A DNA stretch of 33,723 nt, taken from positions 183,105,890 to 183,139,612 of the forward strand of contig NC_068981.1 of NCBI RefSeq assembly GCF_001194135.2, read 5' to 3'. How positions within the stretch are numbered: the first letter of the stretch is position 1; every line of letters starts with the position of its first letter. Positions 9,861 to 20,260 of this stretch are shown here, piece after piece. The notes below the pieces were generated by a model. The model saw only the letters and a program-made list of their open reading frames with translations, was not told the DNA's origin and ran no database searches. The position numbers and the translations under genes were made by a program. This DNA comes from Octopus bimaculoides. Lineage: Eukaryota.

Positions 9861-10288
9861 GCTTCTTCTTCTGACTACAAACATAAACAACTAAGTGTAT
9901 AAAATGTATATTATGAATGACTACACATACATTCCTAATATACATTTAGCAGTCTTTACAGAGAGAATAAGAGAGAGGTGTAAGAGAGAAAAGAAAGAGG
10001 CAGATCGTGTGTGTGTGTGTGTGTGTGTGAGTAGTCTCCAGGAATCGTTCGTAGACCTGATGGTGCAAAAGAGGAAGACCGTACTTTATAAACATAGTGT
10101 ACGTACGCGCGCATTTTAAGTATTCCATTGACATTCATAATTTCAATACGAAACTTAGGTAGTTGCTTAACCTGCTAGAAATAGCTGTTAAATGTTCCTC
10201 AAACGACATATAAACATGAAAGTTTACATTGCATAATACAGTTGAGAATATCCCTAAAGAGAAGGTATGGTTGACTTGGGTTGACTTG

Positions 10289-10430
10289 CAGGGTGGACAA
10301 AATAATGGAAACACCTTAAAATTTCGAACAAATTTATTTTAATATGGGTTGGGACCGTCTTTGGCAGTAATTACAGCTTGAATTCTACGAGGTATGGACT
10401 CGTACAAAGTTTGGATTATTTCCAAAGGTA
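10289..10430 (-). mobile_element. Tc1-family transposon 3' end (TIR plus transposase C-terminus)
   Basis: TIR CAGGGTGGACAAAATAATGGAAACACC (10289-10315). The minus strand 10339-10430 reads PLEIIQTLYESIPRRIQAVITAKDGPNPY*, matching the Tc1 C-terminal pattern L..S.PRR..AV..A.G..T.Y*. Confidence 0.85.
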
Positions 10431-11014
10431 GTGAACTCCTGAAATGGCCATAGATACTTGTGTGTGTTGGTTTTGACTGGTGTGCTTATATGAACTTTTG
10501 AAAGTTTTTGCGAGTAGAGACAGATTTTTCAGGATGTTTGTGGTTTTACCTGTGGAAGACGGCTTTATTTGAACTTGTACCGGTTGAGGGATATAAATAT
10601 AATGACTTCAAATTATTTAAAAAGTATTTTATTCGTGAGTTGAAATCTTTAGTCGGTGGACAATTATATTATTTTATTTTATTTTATTTTATCTTTATAT
10701 TATTTGTCTAGTAGGACTGGTATTTTGAATTTTTAGTCGCTGTATTTTAACTTTTAGACCTTTTGTATTCTATTATAAAAAATATATCTTACGTTTTATA
10801 TATTTTTTTAACTCGAATTAGATATATTTGTATTTTATTAGAATATTTGTTTTTTAAAATTGTACATTTTATGTATATGCATTATTTTTATATTATTTTT
10901 TTCCTATGTGTTTGTGGACCATGGTGTATTTTTTATATATGATTGTTTGTTTGAGAAGTGGTGTTTTGCTGAGTCGTTGACCCAAACATAATGTTTTTAT
11001 TCTGTCACGAATGG

Positions 11015-11048
<34 letters not shown>

Positions 11049-11058
11049 NNNNNNNNNN
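11049..11058. other. Assembly gap (10 N) at the end of a (TA)n tract
   Basis: N run. Confidence 1.
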
Positions 11059-11420
11059 TTTAGACAACTTAAATTAGTTTCGGCCATTATCGGTCCAAGC
11101 CATGACTAACTCAATAGCACCACCTGGAAAAGTCTTTTAGTTAATTATTTTGGGACACCATGGACCACTCAAGCAGAGAGTTGTTGTTGGTTAAGACGTA
11201 TCCAGGTCTATCCGGTATTTCCTGGAAGAATTTGTCCAGGTACCGTTTGAAATTTGTGGGGTCTTTTTCTACTTTAATTTCTTTCGGGATAACATTGAAA
11301 AGTGCAGGACCATTTGCAGTGAAGAAATTGTGTCGCAATGTTCTTATGCGATGTGATCTAGACCTTTGTAGGGGACGCATTGCACGGGGGCCTAGTTTTG
11401 GGTGAATTGTAAACATAATG
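11059..11420 (-). pseudogene. CR1/L2-group LINE 3' end (ORF2 C-terminus plus 3' UTR)
   Basis: ORF 11141-11416: RIRTLRHNFFTANGPALFNVIPKEIK...FKRYLDKFFQEIPDRPGY...NNSL, the R..SF...GP.LFN.LP..I....FK..LD.FL..IPD.P pattern of CR1-group ORF2 ends. Confidence 0.85.
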
Positions 11421-11580
11421 CAGTCGCAGTCAATTTCAGTTTTTTTTTTCTTTTTCTACTTTACATTCTCCTGGTGTTCGATAAGGAAAAAGTGCAAGTT
11501 CAATACTGGACTTGATCTACACGACTCTATCCTTCTCCGAAAAATGTGTTGTCTTGCGCCATTACCTGGTGCGCGATAAT

Positions 11581-11700
11581 GGTTTCAAATTATCAATCCC
11601 GAAAGGATGAAAGGCAAAGTCGACCTCAGCGGAATTTGAACGTAAAGACAGAGAAAATGCCGATAAGCATTTTACCCGGCGTACTAACGATCTACCAGTT
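11581..11700 (-). mobile_element. SINE A copy with deletions
   Basis: GAAAGGATGAAAGGCAAAGTCGACCTCAGCGGAATTTGAAC. Confidence 0.85.
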
Positions 11701-11725
11701 GACTACTTTACTCGAAATTAATATT

Positions 11726-11929
11726 GGTTTCACGTTTTGGGACAAGGCCAGCAATTTCGGTGAGCGGACGGGATTAAGTAGATTACATCAACCCCAGTAC
11801 TCAAGTAGCACTTATTTTATCGACCCCGTAAAGTCGATCTCGGCAGATTTTGAACTCAGAACGTAAAGACGGACGAAATGCCGTTAAGCATTTTGCCCGG
11901 CGTGCTAACCATTCTGCCAGCTCACTGCC
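11726..11929 (-). mobile_element. SINE A copy (AATTTGAAACC-type tail), central deletion
   Basis: Head and tail match 1407-1621; lacks AAAGGATGAAAGGC. Confidence 0.85.
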
Positions 11930-12319
11930 TTATCCAAAATTAATATTACCGACGTATAAAATTACTTAAATAATCCAAGGAATGTTTCAATCTTTTATTT
12001 ATTTATTTATTTATTTATTTATAGAATAGTCACTAAATAAAGAAACAAATGAAACCAAACGAAAAGTAAAAAAATGTGCACGTTTATAGAATTGTTTCTC
12101 ATTGTTGGTTATAAATGAATTTAGTAAACATGAAATGTAAGACTGATACGATTTCTTTGGTCTGCTTTAAGTTTTACTATTCAACCAACAGACATGGCTT
12201 TAATGTCATTGCAACGTTTTGAAGTTTGACATTTTCCCTACTACTCTTTCCAATTAACTACAATACCGCAGCAAATTGTATTCGTTTTCTCTATTCTTTT
12301 GAATTCTGTTTGTCCACAG

Positions 12320-12419
12320 ATGGGACATTTTTAGGCAGTGCTTCGGCAGTGTATCGACTTCACTGGATTACGATACTCTGAAAAGAAAGCAGACGACAAG
12401 AAAAGAAGATGAAAAATAA
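12320..12419 (+). CDS. Candidate terminal coding exon of an unidentified host gene
   Basis: Long polypyrimidine tract ending TGTTTGTCCACAG; open frame WDIFRQCFGSVSTSLDYDTLKRKQTTRKEDEK*; AATAAA overlaps the stop. No homology recognised. Confidence 0.3.
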
Positions 12420-12861
12420 AAACAAAATGTCTGCTGAAATCTAAAATGAGCGGAAGTAGTAATGGTAGCCATGTTTAACTATAGGTAGCCATAGCAAGCT
12501 ATTTGTAGCTATATAGTTCAGAGAGTTCAAATGAACTCTAGAATATATAACATTTCCTTTTCTGGCTTAGAATACGTTCGATGACGTGAATTTGACATGC
12601 TGGCTTTAAAAAAATTTTTAGTATGATCGTTGAAAACATTTATTATCACTGCCACACGCCAATACCAACACTAGTCCTACTTCCACCACAGCTGCTACCA
12701 CCACCTCAAATATCACTTTCGTTGCCACCAACAACATAACTATCATTAGTATCAGCACACATTACTACGATAATCAGCATGACAACCATCACGGTTACCA
12801 GAGCAACTATTATGAAACCATCGTCACAAACATTAGTACTATTACCGCAACCATAAAGGCG

Positions 12862-12872
12862 ACCACCACCAC

Positions 12873-12916
<44 letters not shown>

Positions 12917-12920
12917 CCAC

Positions 12921-12972
<52 letters not shown>
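12862..12972. repeat. (CAT)n microsatellite
   Basis: Visible; source of the poly-D and poly-M ORFs. Confidence 0.97.
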
Positions 12973-13002
12973 TTCACTCTCCCCACCAGCATTCAAATTT
13001 GT

Positions 13003-13300
13003 TTGCAGAATAATGGGTATCCACGAAATGAGTCAGTTTTAGGAATTGATCTTGGTTTAAAGTATATATTTTCAAGAAAACAGAAGAATCAAAAGAAACT
13101 GACAACAAACAGTTTACAGATGGAATCAATAAGGTTGTCAGGAGAAAGGGAGAGATACAAAACCCCCATCTTTCTCTGACGAATGATTACAAGTCGAAAC
13201 GTTGGGAATTTTGTCTACATTACTGCAAACCAATTTATTCTACTTTTCAATCATTTGCTGTCAAGACTGAAGCTTGATCTTATCTAAATGATCCGATCTA
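13003..13300 (+). mobile_element. Probable Penelope-like element fragment
   Basis: LQNNGYPRN (L..NGYP is typical of the PLE RT C-terminal region), followed by a hammerhead-like motif at 13171. Confidence 0.4.
13171..13208 (+). ncRNA. Decayed minimal hammerhead-ribozyme-like motif
   Basis: TTTCT-CTGACGA-AT-GAT TACAA GTC-GAAACGT-T-GGGAA. Core CTGACGA and GAAA are intact; stem III is palindromic ACGT; stem I has 5 pairs including two G-U; position 17 is U. Confidence 0.5.
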
Positions 13301-13500
13301 AAACCAGTCTTACCACATAATTAGCAGGGTTCACTCAAACTTCAACAAGCTTACAGGTCTTTACTCCAACTCAGTAAGACCTTGTGTTTTCAGGGGTGTA
13401 AAATTGTAGTGGCTATTGTTGTTTTTGTTACTATTTAACCCCAGTCCAGCTCTGATAGAACAGATCTTTGGACTTCCCCTCTTAAAATTTCTCTAAATTC

Positions 13501-13704
13501 TTTCCTTCTACGAAGCCTGAAATTTTGTGGAAGGGGACAAGTCGATTACATCGGCACATTACTCAATTGGTACTTATTTCATTGACCCTGAAAGGAAGAA
13601 AAACAAAGTCAGCCTTGGTGGAATTTGAACTCAGAACGTCAAAACGGATAAAATGCTGCTAATCGTTTTCTCCTACGTGCTAACGATTCTGTCAGCTCGC
13701 CACC
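13501..13704 (-). mobile_element. Decayed SINE A copy
   Basis: GAATTTGAACTCAGAACG and GCTAACGATTCTGTCAGCTCGCC. Confidence 0.85.
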
Positions 13705-13904
13705 TTTTAGAAATTAATCCATAGTAAAATCTCTTTAGCGCTTAAAAACTTTCTCTGAATGTATGCAAGTCTCCTCTCTCCGAGCCACTGATGTTTATCC
13801 ACGGGAAAGGCCGCCAAACGGGCCGATATACATTGGCACCAGAGTTGTCGCAGGCTTTGCCGCCAGGTACCGCAAGGCATTTTCCAGACCTCTCTGACAG
13901 TTCT

Positions 13905-14137
13905 TATTTCTTTACTGCCCACAAGGGGCTACACATAGAGGGGATAAACAAGGACAGACAAACGGATTAAGACGATTGTATCGACCTCAGTGCGTAACTG
14001 GTACTTAATTTATCGACCCCGAAAGGATGAAAGTCAAAGTCGACCTCGGCGGAATTTGAACTCAGAACGTAACGGTAGACGAAATACCGCAGAGCATTTC
14101 GCCCGGTGTGCTAACGTTTCTGCCAGCTCGCCGCCTT
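13905..14137 (-). mobile_element. SINE A2, full length, 12-bp TSD
   Basis: TSD TCTGACAGTTCT at 13893-13904 and 14138-14149. Confidence 0.95.
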
Positions 14138-14457
14138 TCTGACAGTTCTGTCAATCCATCACCCTTGGGTTGTACCCATCGACCAAAAAAAGCTGAAACG
14201 CCAAGCTGGTCTCGGCAGGAATTGAATCGGAACAAATACTGCAGTTCTTTGCCTTCTTTTTCACTTGATGTATTAAGATTAGAGCGGTGATGTTTGTCTG
14301 CAAAATATAAGAATGAATTTTGTGATTTATGAAAAGTCGTACACGAGTTCAGCGACGAAAATAAGTTTGGGAATCACTTCTGATTTTTTTTTCTTTTTTG
14401 TTCATCTTGCGCTCTGGGACACAAAGAGCCAGTTACCCGGTTTCCGTAGCGTATATG

Positions 14458-14881
14458 CAGGACCGGATTAAAACCCATAGAGACTCTAAGCACATAAAAC
14501 ATTTTGGTGCACCTATATGTATGCAATTCAAAATATAAACAATAATAAACCATAAAATAATTTTTTATTTTTCAAAATGAAATTAAACTAACAATAGGAT
14601 GGAAAATAATGGGATTTTTTTTTATATATACTTCCACTTTATTTATATTCGAAAAGTCTTCTCCTACCTTTTCAATTGCAAAGTCTTTGCTCAGAACCTC
14701 ATTATGATGCCATCAGCACTTCGAAATTATATTTCCGATCGTATAAACCACTTCGAATAGTATTTTAGCACACTTAAAATGATTTTTTTGTGCGTTAAAC
14801 CTTTTACCATTTCTATGGTGTCTCCCTTCCCTTCATGCCCAACGTAGGTGCTTATTTTGCTTAATGGTTAATCCAGCGCTG
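14458..14881. mobile_element. hAT-type MITE inserted in a SINE D-like remnant
   Basis: Imperfect TIRs CAGGACCGGATTAA / TTAATCCAGCGCTG; 8-bp TSD CGTATATG / TGTATAAG (6/8). Flanks 14420-14450 and 14910-14945 resemble consecutive parts of SINE D. Confidence 0.65.
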
Positions 14882-14944
14882 TGTATAAGCTATCGAAATC
14901 ACAATATTCTCCTTGAACGGGATGCCGACCTGTTGCAGGGTACA

Positions 14945-15128
14945 AAGTTAGAGACTTTTGAGGATAGGAGACAAGTCGATTACATTGACTCCAGTACTTG
15001 ACTGGTACTTTATCTCATCGATCCCGAAGGAATGAAAAACAAAGTTGACCTCGGTGGCATTTTAATTCAGAACATAAAAAAACTGGAAGAAATGCAGACA
15101 TGTTAACGATTCTGCCTGCTCGTTGCCT
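14945..15128 (-). mobile_element. Decayed SINE A copy
   Basis: AAGTCGATTACATTGACTCCAGTAC...GTTGACCTCGG...TTAACGATTCTGCC. Confidence 0.8.
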
Positions 15129-15579
15129 TCATTCCTGATTAAAGTCATTCCAATTCGAGCTGTTTATTTATAATGTCGTAGATCAAATAGTTTCGGATCA
15201 GCAAATTCTTTGTATAAAATATCATAGCTGCATTTCTCTGTGTAGCAGAGAGGAAGCATATATTAGAATTATTATTCTCATAAACAAATGGCGAACTATC
15301 AACGATGCAATAGCATCACAATTGTATTGTATTCAGCTCAATAACTTCTGCTTGATTCACATGGTTCGTTCTGTCAGAAATAACCGAAAAATTTAACGAT
15401 CTTTCGACGCTTTTTATTTTTTATTTCTATTCTTCATAATAATAATTTCTAAAAGGAAACAAATGATTTACTGGGGAAAGTCCCAGATTAACTTAGTAGA
15501 CATTTAATTTGATAAGATTAACTTTGACATATAGATTCGAAGAAAAAACATAATCGATACAATTCAGATCATATAATAC

Positions 15580-15616
<37 letters not shown>

Positions 15617-15711
15617 NNNNNNNNNNNNNNNNNNNNNNNNNNNNNNNNNNNNNNNNNNNNNNNNNNNNNNNNNNNNNNNNNNNNNNNNNNNNNNNNNNNN
15701 NNNNNNNNNNN
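15617..15711. other. Assembly gap flanked by (TA)n
   Basis: N run. Confidence 1.
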
Positions 15712-15968
15712 TATATATAATGTATGTATACATTCGATTTTATATCATGGAAGTTCAGAGAATATACTTGATTTTTCTCGATATCGACGTCCATGGCAGA
15801 CAATCTGGAAGAACCTAGCAACTTTAACGACCAAACCTCATATAAGCGTGCAGTGAATAACTTCACATAATTCTAGCAATGTTTAATAATTCAGAATTGT
15901 CCTTTCACCGAGTCTAACCTCTTCACAGCCTCTTCTTATTGACACTTTCATCAGAATAATTTTGTAGT

Positions 15969-16231
15969 CGCGGTTCTAAGCTGGGAGTCCGCATGACCCT
16001 TTGGGGGATCGATGAAAGATTTTGCTGTTAAAATTTATGTGAAATGAATTGGTTATACTTCTACAATGTATAAAATATTTTGACAATTTTCCAATTACAA
16101 TTCCTAATAATGCTTAATTATAAAAACATAATAGATTTTTTTTAAACATCAAATGTCTGTGAGGGTCCACCCGAGTGAAATAGAAATCAAAGGGGTCTAT
16201 AGGTAAAAAGAAAAATGGCTGAGAATCACTG
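15969..16231. mobile_element. Decayed hAT (Charlie-like) MITE
   Basis: Right end GGCTGAGAATCACTG followed by CTGTAGAT; degenerate left end CGCGGTTCTAAGCTGGG; subterminal GGGTCC/GGGTCT motifs as in 27967-28297 and 31561-31859. Confidence 0.55.
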
Positions 16232-16289
16232 CTGTAGATTATATATACTAGGAACTATGTACTGTAAACTTTGCCCTTAGAAGAATTTA

Positions 16290-16470
16290 TTGATGTGTAG
16301 TTAAGAAATTCGCTTCTCAGCCACATGCTTCTGGGTTCGATTCTACAGCGCAGTAATTTATGCAAGCGTATTCTATCATACCTACGAGTTGACCAGGGTC
16401 TTTCGAAGAAAATTTGGTAGAGAAGGTAGGCGTAATTCAGTCGTGTGTGTGTGTGTTTGTGTGTGCGTCT
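16290..16470 (+). mobile_element. Decayed SINE B 5' module
   Basis: CCACATGCTTCTGGGTTCGATTC...ATTTGGTAGA followed by (TG)n. Confidence 0.65.
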
Positions 16471-17329
16471 GCTCGTTTCCATTCCCAGTTATGTTTTAAC
16501 CGCTGCATTGAAAACACACTACTAGTTTTCCTGATACAAAAATGCAATTTTCTTTTTCTTAATATAAAAATATATAGTGCTGCGTAATAAGAAGCAACAC
16601 ATGATTAAGTGGAAACACCTGAATAACTCACAAAACCTAGGAAGAAGTATAATTTTCTCAGCAAGGTAAAGAGAAACATGATTTTTTTTGTACATGGTGG
16701 GTCTGTTATAATCTTAGTCACTTATACACCATACAAACTGGCTTTGTGCCCAAGAACTCATGCCAGACATACATAAGTCCAAGTCTTATTTGTGTTTGGT
16801 GAAAGGGACGATTCCTCTTATCCTTTGCAGGCCCTTCCTGGTCAATAAAATAGATGCAGTTGACATTACGTTTCATAAAACATGGCTCTCTGTCGGTTAT
16901 GACGGCGAGGTTTCCAGTAGCGGACTGGCCAGGTTTCCAGCTTGCCCGACGGCAAGTAGGCTCTTGTGCCATTAGAATCCATAAATGGTGGCCCATGTTA
17001 GTATCTAAAGGGCCCATCTCAAAGTTTGAGAATTTTTTATTCACTCCTGGAAGAATGCATTTATTATTCAGCCTGGCTGTGTTTGTAGACAATTGAAAAG
17101 AATACTTTTAACAAAAAAAAAAAAATTAAATGATAGCATTGTAGTTGTGGGTGGGGCCTTGTAGATGACATTTTCGGACAACTGCTTATGGTGTGTGATA
17201 TCTTCGGTGTAAACTCTATAAAGTCTGCATCATCAGTTATCACATTTTACTGCTTTTCTTGTATCTCTGTCCTTTTTGTGCACCAGGTATTTGGCTGATA
17301 TTTTCTGTTCCTGGATTGCAAACACACAC

Positions 17330-17965
17330 NNNNNNNNNNNNNNNNNNNNNNNNNNNNNNNNNNNNNNNNNNNNNNNNNNNNNNNNNNNNNNNNNNNNNNN
17401 NNNNNNNNNNNNNNNNNNNNNNNNNNNNNNNNNNNNNNNNNNNNNNNNNNNNNNNNNNNNNNNNNNNNNNNNNNNNNNNNNNNNNNNNNNNNNNNNNNNN
17501 NNNNNNNNNNNNNNNNNNNNNNNNNNNNNNNNNNNNNNNNNNNNNNNNNNNNNNNNNNNNNNNNNNNNNNNNNNNNNNNNNNNNNNNNNNNNNNNNNNNN
17601 NNNNNNNNNNNNNNNNNNNNNNNNNNNNNNNNNNNNNNNNNNNNNNNNNNNNNNNNNNNNNNNNNNNNNNNNNNNNNNNNNNNNNNNNNNNNNNNNNNNN
17701 NNNNNNNNNNNNNNNNNNNNNNNNNNNNNNNNNNNNNNNNNNNNNNNNNNNNNNNNNNNNNNNNNNNNNNNNNNNNNNNNNNNNNNNNNNNNNNNNNNNN
17801 NNNNNNNNNNNNNNNNNNNNNNNNNNNNNNNNNNNNNNNNNNNNNNNNNNNNNNNNNNNNNNNNNNNNNNNNNNNNNNNNNNNNNNNNNNNNNNNNNNNN
17901 NNNNNNNNNNNNNNNNNNNNNNNNNNNNNNNNNNNNNNNNNNNNNNNNNNNNNNNNNNNNNNNNN
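17330..17965. other. Assembly gap
   Basis: N run between (CA) and (TG) repeats. Confidence 1.
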
Positions 17966-17998
17966 TGTGTGTGTGTGTGCGCGCGCGCGTGTATGTGA

Positions 17999-18038
<40 letters not shown>

Positions 18039-18235
18039 CCACCGCTTGGCAACTAGTGCTGGTAGGTTACGTCACCGTAACATAGCGGCTCGGCAAAAGA
18101 GATCGGTAGAATAAGTACTAAGCTTACAAAAACAAACAAAAAAATGTTAAGTTCTGGTGTCAATTTGTTCGGCTAAAATCCAAGTCGGTGCCCCCAGCAT
18201 GGCCGCAGTCAAATGACTGAAACAAGTAAAAAAGA
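17966..18235 (+). mobile_element. SINE B internal (TG)n plus 3' module and tail
   Basis: CGGCAAAAGAGATCGGTAGAATAAGTACT...CCAGCATGGCCGCAGTCAAATGACTGAAACAAGTAAAA. Confidence 0.88.
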
Positions 18236-18348
18236 TTTTTATAAATGTATAGACTCTTTATACATCATCCAATGCAGCCTTCATTTTCCAGTTTGGTAAC
18301 ATATGACTGAAGAAGGTTTGGCTGCAATTTCTTGCAAGTTGATCGGTT

Positions 18349-18366
18349 ACATTATTATTATTATTA

Positions 18367-18403
<37 letters not shown>

Positions 18404-18419
18404 CATTATTATTATTATA
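18349..18419. repeat. (ATT)n microsatellite
   Basis: Visible. Confidence 0.97.
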
Positions 18420-18744
18420 GCAATGACGACGGCGGCGAAGAGAATGATGTTTTTGGCTTTGTCGATGTTGTCAAAATTGTTTTGCTGTTACAAAATTATT
18501 TTATTGGAATTCTGAGAGACGACGTATCGAGTTTATGAGAAATATTGGATACGCGTTACTATTGACATTTATAAACTAAACTGATATAGTTTTAGTACAC
18601 AAATATAATATGGGTGATATAGTTTTATATTGACATCTAAAAACTAAAGTAATATAATTACTTTTAGAAGTTGTGAATCTCGAAACAAATAAAGCTGTAA
18701 ATAATAATGTCTAAATATTGGGTTAAAAACTCTTGGATAGAAAA

Positions 18745-18810
18745 TGTCGAAGGACTCGAACCCACATTTGTGAAGATGACAGGCGTTCTACTACAGGACC
18801 AAAACAATCT
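18745..18810 (-). pseudogene. Decayed tRNA-like sequence (tRNA-Asp-like arm), pseudogene or SINE head
   Basis: Minus strand TGGTCCTGTAGTAGAACGCCTGTCATC...GTGGGTTCGAGTCCT has a canonical B box GGTTCGAGTCC and the CGCCTGTCA anticodon-arm motif of tRNA-Asp(GTC); no convincing acceptor stem. Confidence 0.45.
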
Positions 18811-19629
18811 TTCACATTCTTCTGTTTATTTTATAAACCTTATTGTTATAGCGAGAATTGTATGTTATTGACATCACAAATATCTAGAAACTTCGAGAAC
18901 GTAAAATAATTATTTTTAGGAACGGTGAATCCCGAAGCAATTAGGGCTATATAAAAGAGTGTGTAAATATTCCGTCCAAAATGCATTTTTAATCCGATAT
19001 TTGGACGCTATTATTTATAGCTTTATCTGCTTCGAGGTTCACTGTTCCAAAAACGAATTATTTTACGTTCTCTAAGTCTTTAAATTCTTTGAAAATAATA
19101 TAATTTTGATATAGAAATATAACTGGTAGATTTGTTTTAGTTTCAATATCTATAAACTGAAGTAATATAGTTTTAGTGTAGAAATAATGGAAATTAAAAA
19201 TAATATATTTTGAATATAAAAATATAGTGGAGATATTAACCATATTTTAGTTTGGACAGCTACAAACTAAAAATAATATAGTTTGAATATAAAAATATAG
19301 TGGAGATATTCAAATCTCTTATTATTATTATCGACGTAGTTTAACTATAAGTCATCCCAGATCCTACCCACGGCCATCCGGTCTTTTCAGTCACAGTTAT
19401 ATCAGGTTATTATATATCCGTTTAGCCCTTCCGTTTATTAAAATAGTGATTTAAAGAAGATCTGATAGTTCTTTCTAGTAGAGTGAACAACCACACAATG
19501 ACTAACTCTTTGGGGTCAGTTTTAATCACACTCTCAGTTTAAGTTATATTACTTCATCAGCATAACTAAATGTTTGAGAAGTTCATTTCACAAATGCAAG
19601 TTCTCGCATCCATTGGGCCCGTTTCAAAT

Positions 19630-20060
19630 ACTTGCAACGGAACAAGCTCCACTAAAGATACTCAAAGTGCCAAAGTGGTATTAAATCGAATGGCGGATGT
19701 CTTACAAGCCAAGTGGGCCCTAGCGGGATTTGGACTCAAAATGCAAAGAGCCGGAACAAATATCGCATTCGCTTCCCGTTTCACACTCAAACAATTCCAC
19801 CAGTGTGTGTGTGGGGGGGGGGTGAAAGCCCTGAGCACTTCACTTGCCAAATTTATCCGGGATCTCAAAGAGAGTAATATTGATTACTCTATTTCGTGGT
19901 CAATTATGCATACTGATCTTCCATACAAAAGGGTGAGATAACTGTAATTTATGTTCTATGGCAAAACTTGAAATTTTCAGGTGTAACTCGGACTTAATTA
20001 ATAAGCGTCAAGAATTACTGGAACGTTGTTCTCACCACCTCAACATAACTATTTTTTGAA
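19630..20060 (+). pseudogene. Penelope-like element endonuclease (GIY-YIG) C-terminal remnant
   Basis: STSLAKFIRDLKESNIDYSISWSIMHTDLPY, frameshift, then CNLCSMAKLEIFRCNSDLINKRQELLERCSH. This matches the T.LS.YIW.LK..N..Y.I.W.I....PY....CNLC..EK..I......LN.R.E...CRH pattern. The upstream NGGCLTSQV part is weaker. Confidence 0.8.
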
Positions 20061-20115
20061 AATTCCGTTTAGCTAACTTTTCAATAACCCCAGTTTTAAC
20101 ACAAAAGCTAATATA

Positions 20116-20260
20116 CAGGGTGTCCTATGTTATGATGTTATTTACTCCATGTACCCACATGGGGATTAACACATACTTTAAGAAATTATTATTTCTTATA
20201 TTTAATTGTTTATGTTATGATTTTATTAACTCCATGTACCCAGACCTTGTGGACACCCTG
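20116..20260. mobile_element. Tc1/mariner-type MITE
   Basis: Perfect 10-bp TIR CAGGGTGTCC / GGACACCCTG flanked by TA on both sides. Confidence 0.85.

Noticed and set aside
10508-10711. ORF vaguely like an L1/Tx1 ORF2 C-terminus followed by a T-rich tract
   Set aside because: No zinc knuckle or diagnostic motif could be read; too weak to call.
16718-17092. Minus ORF with VITDRE...VWH resembling MULE transposase motifs
   Set aside because: About 40 residues separate the motifs versus roughly 20 expected, the conserved Cys is absent, and there is no other support.
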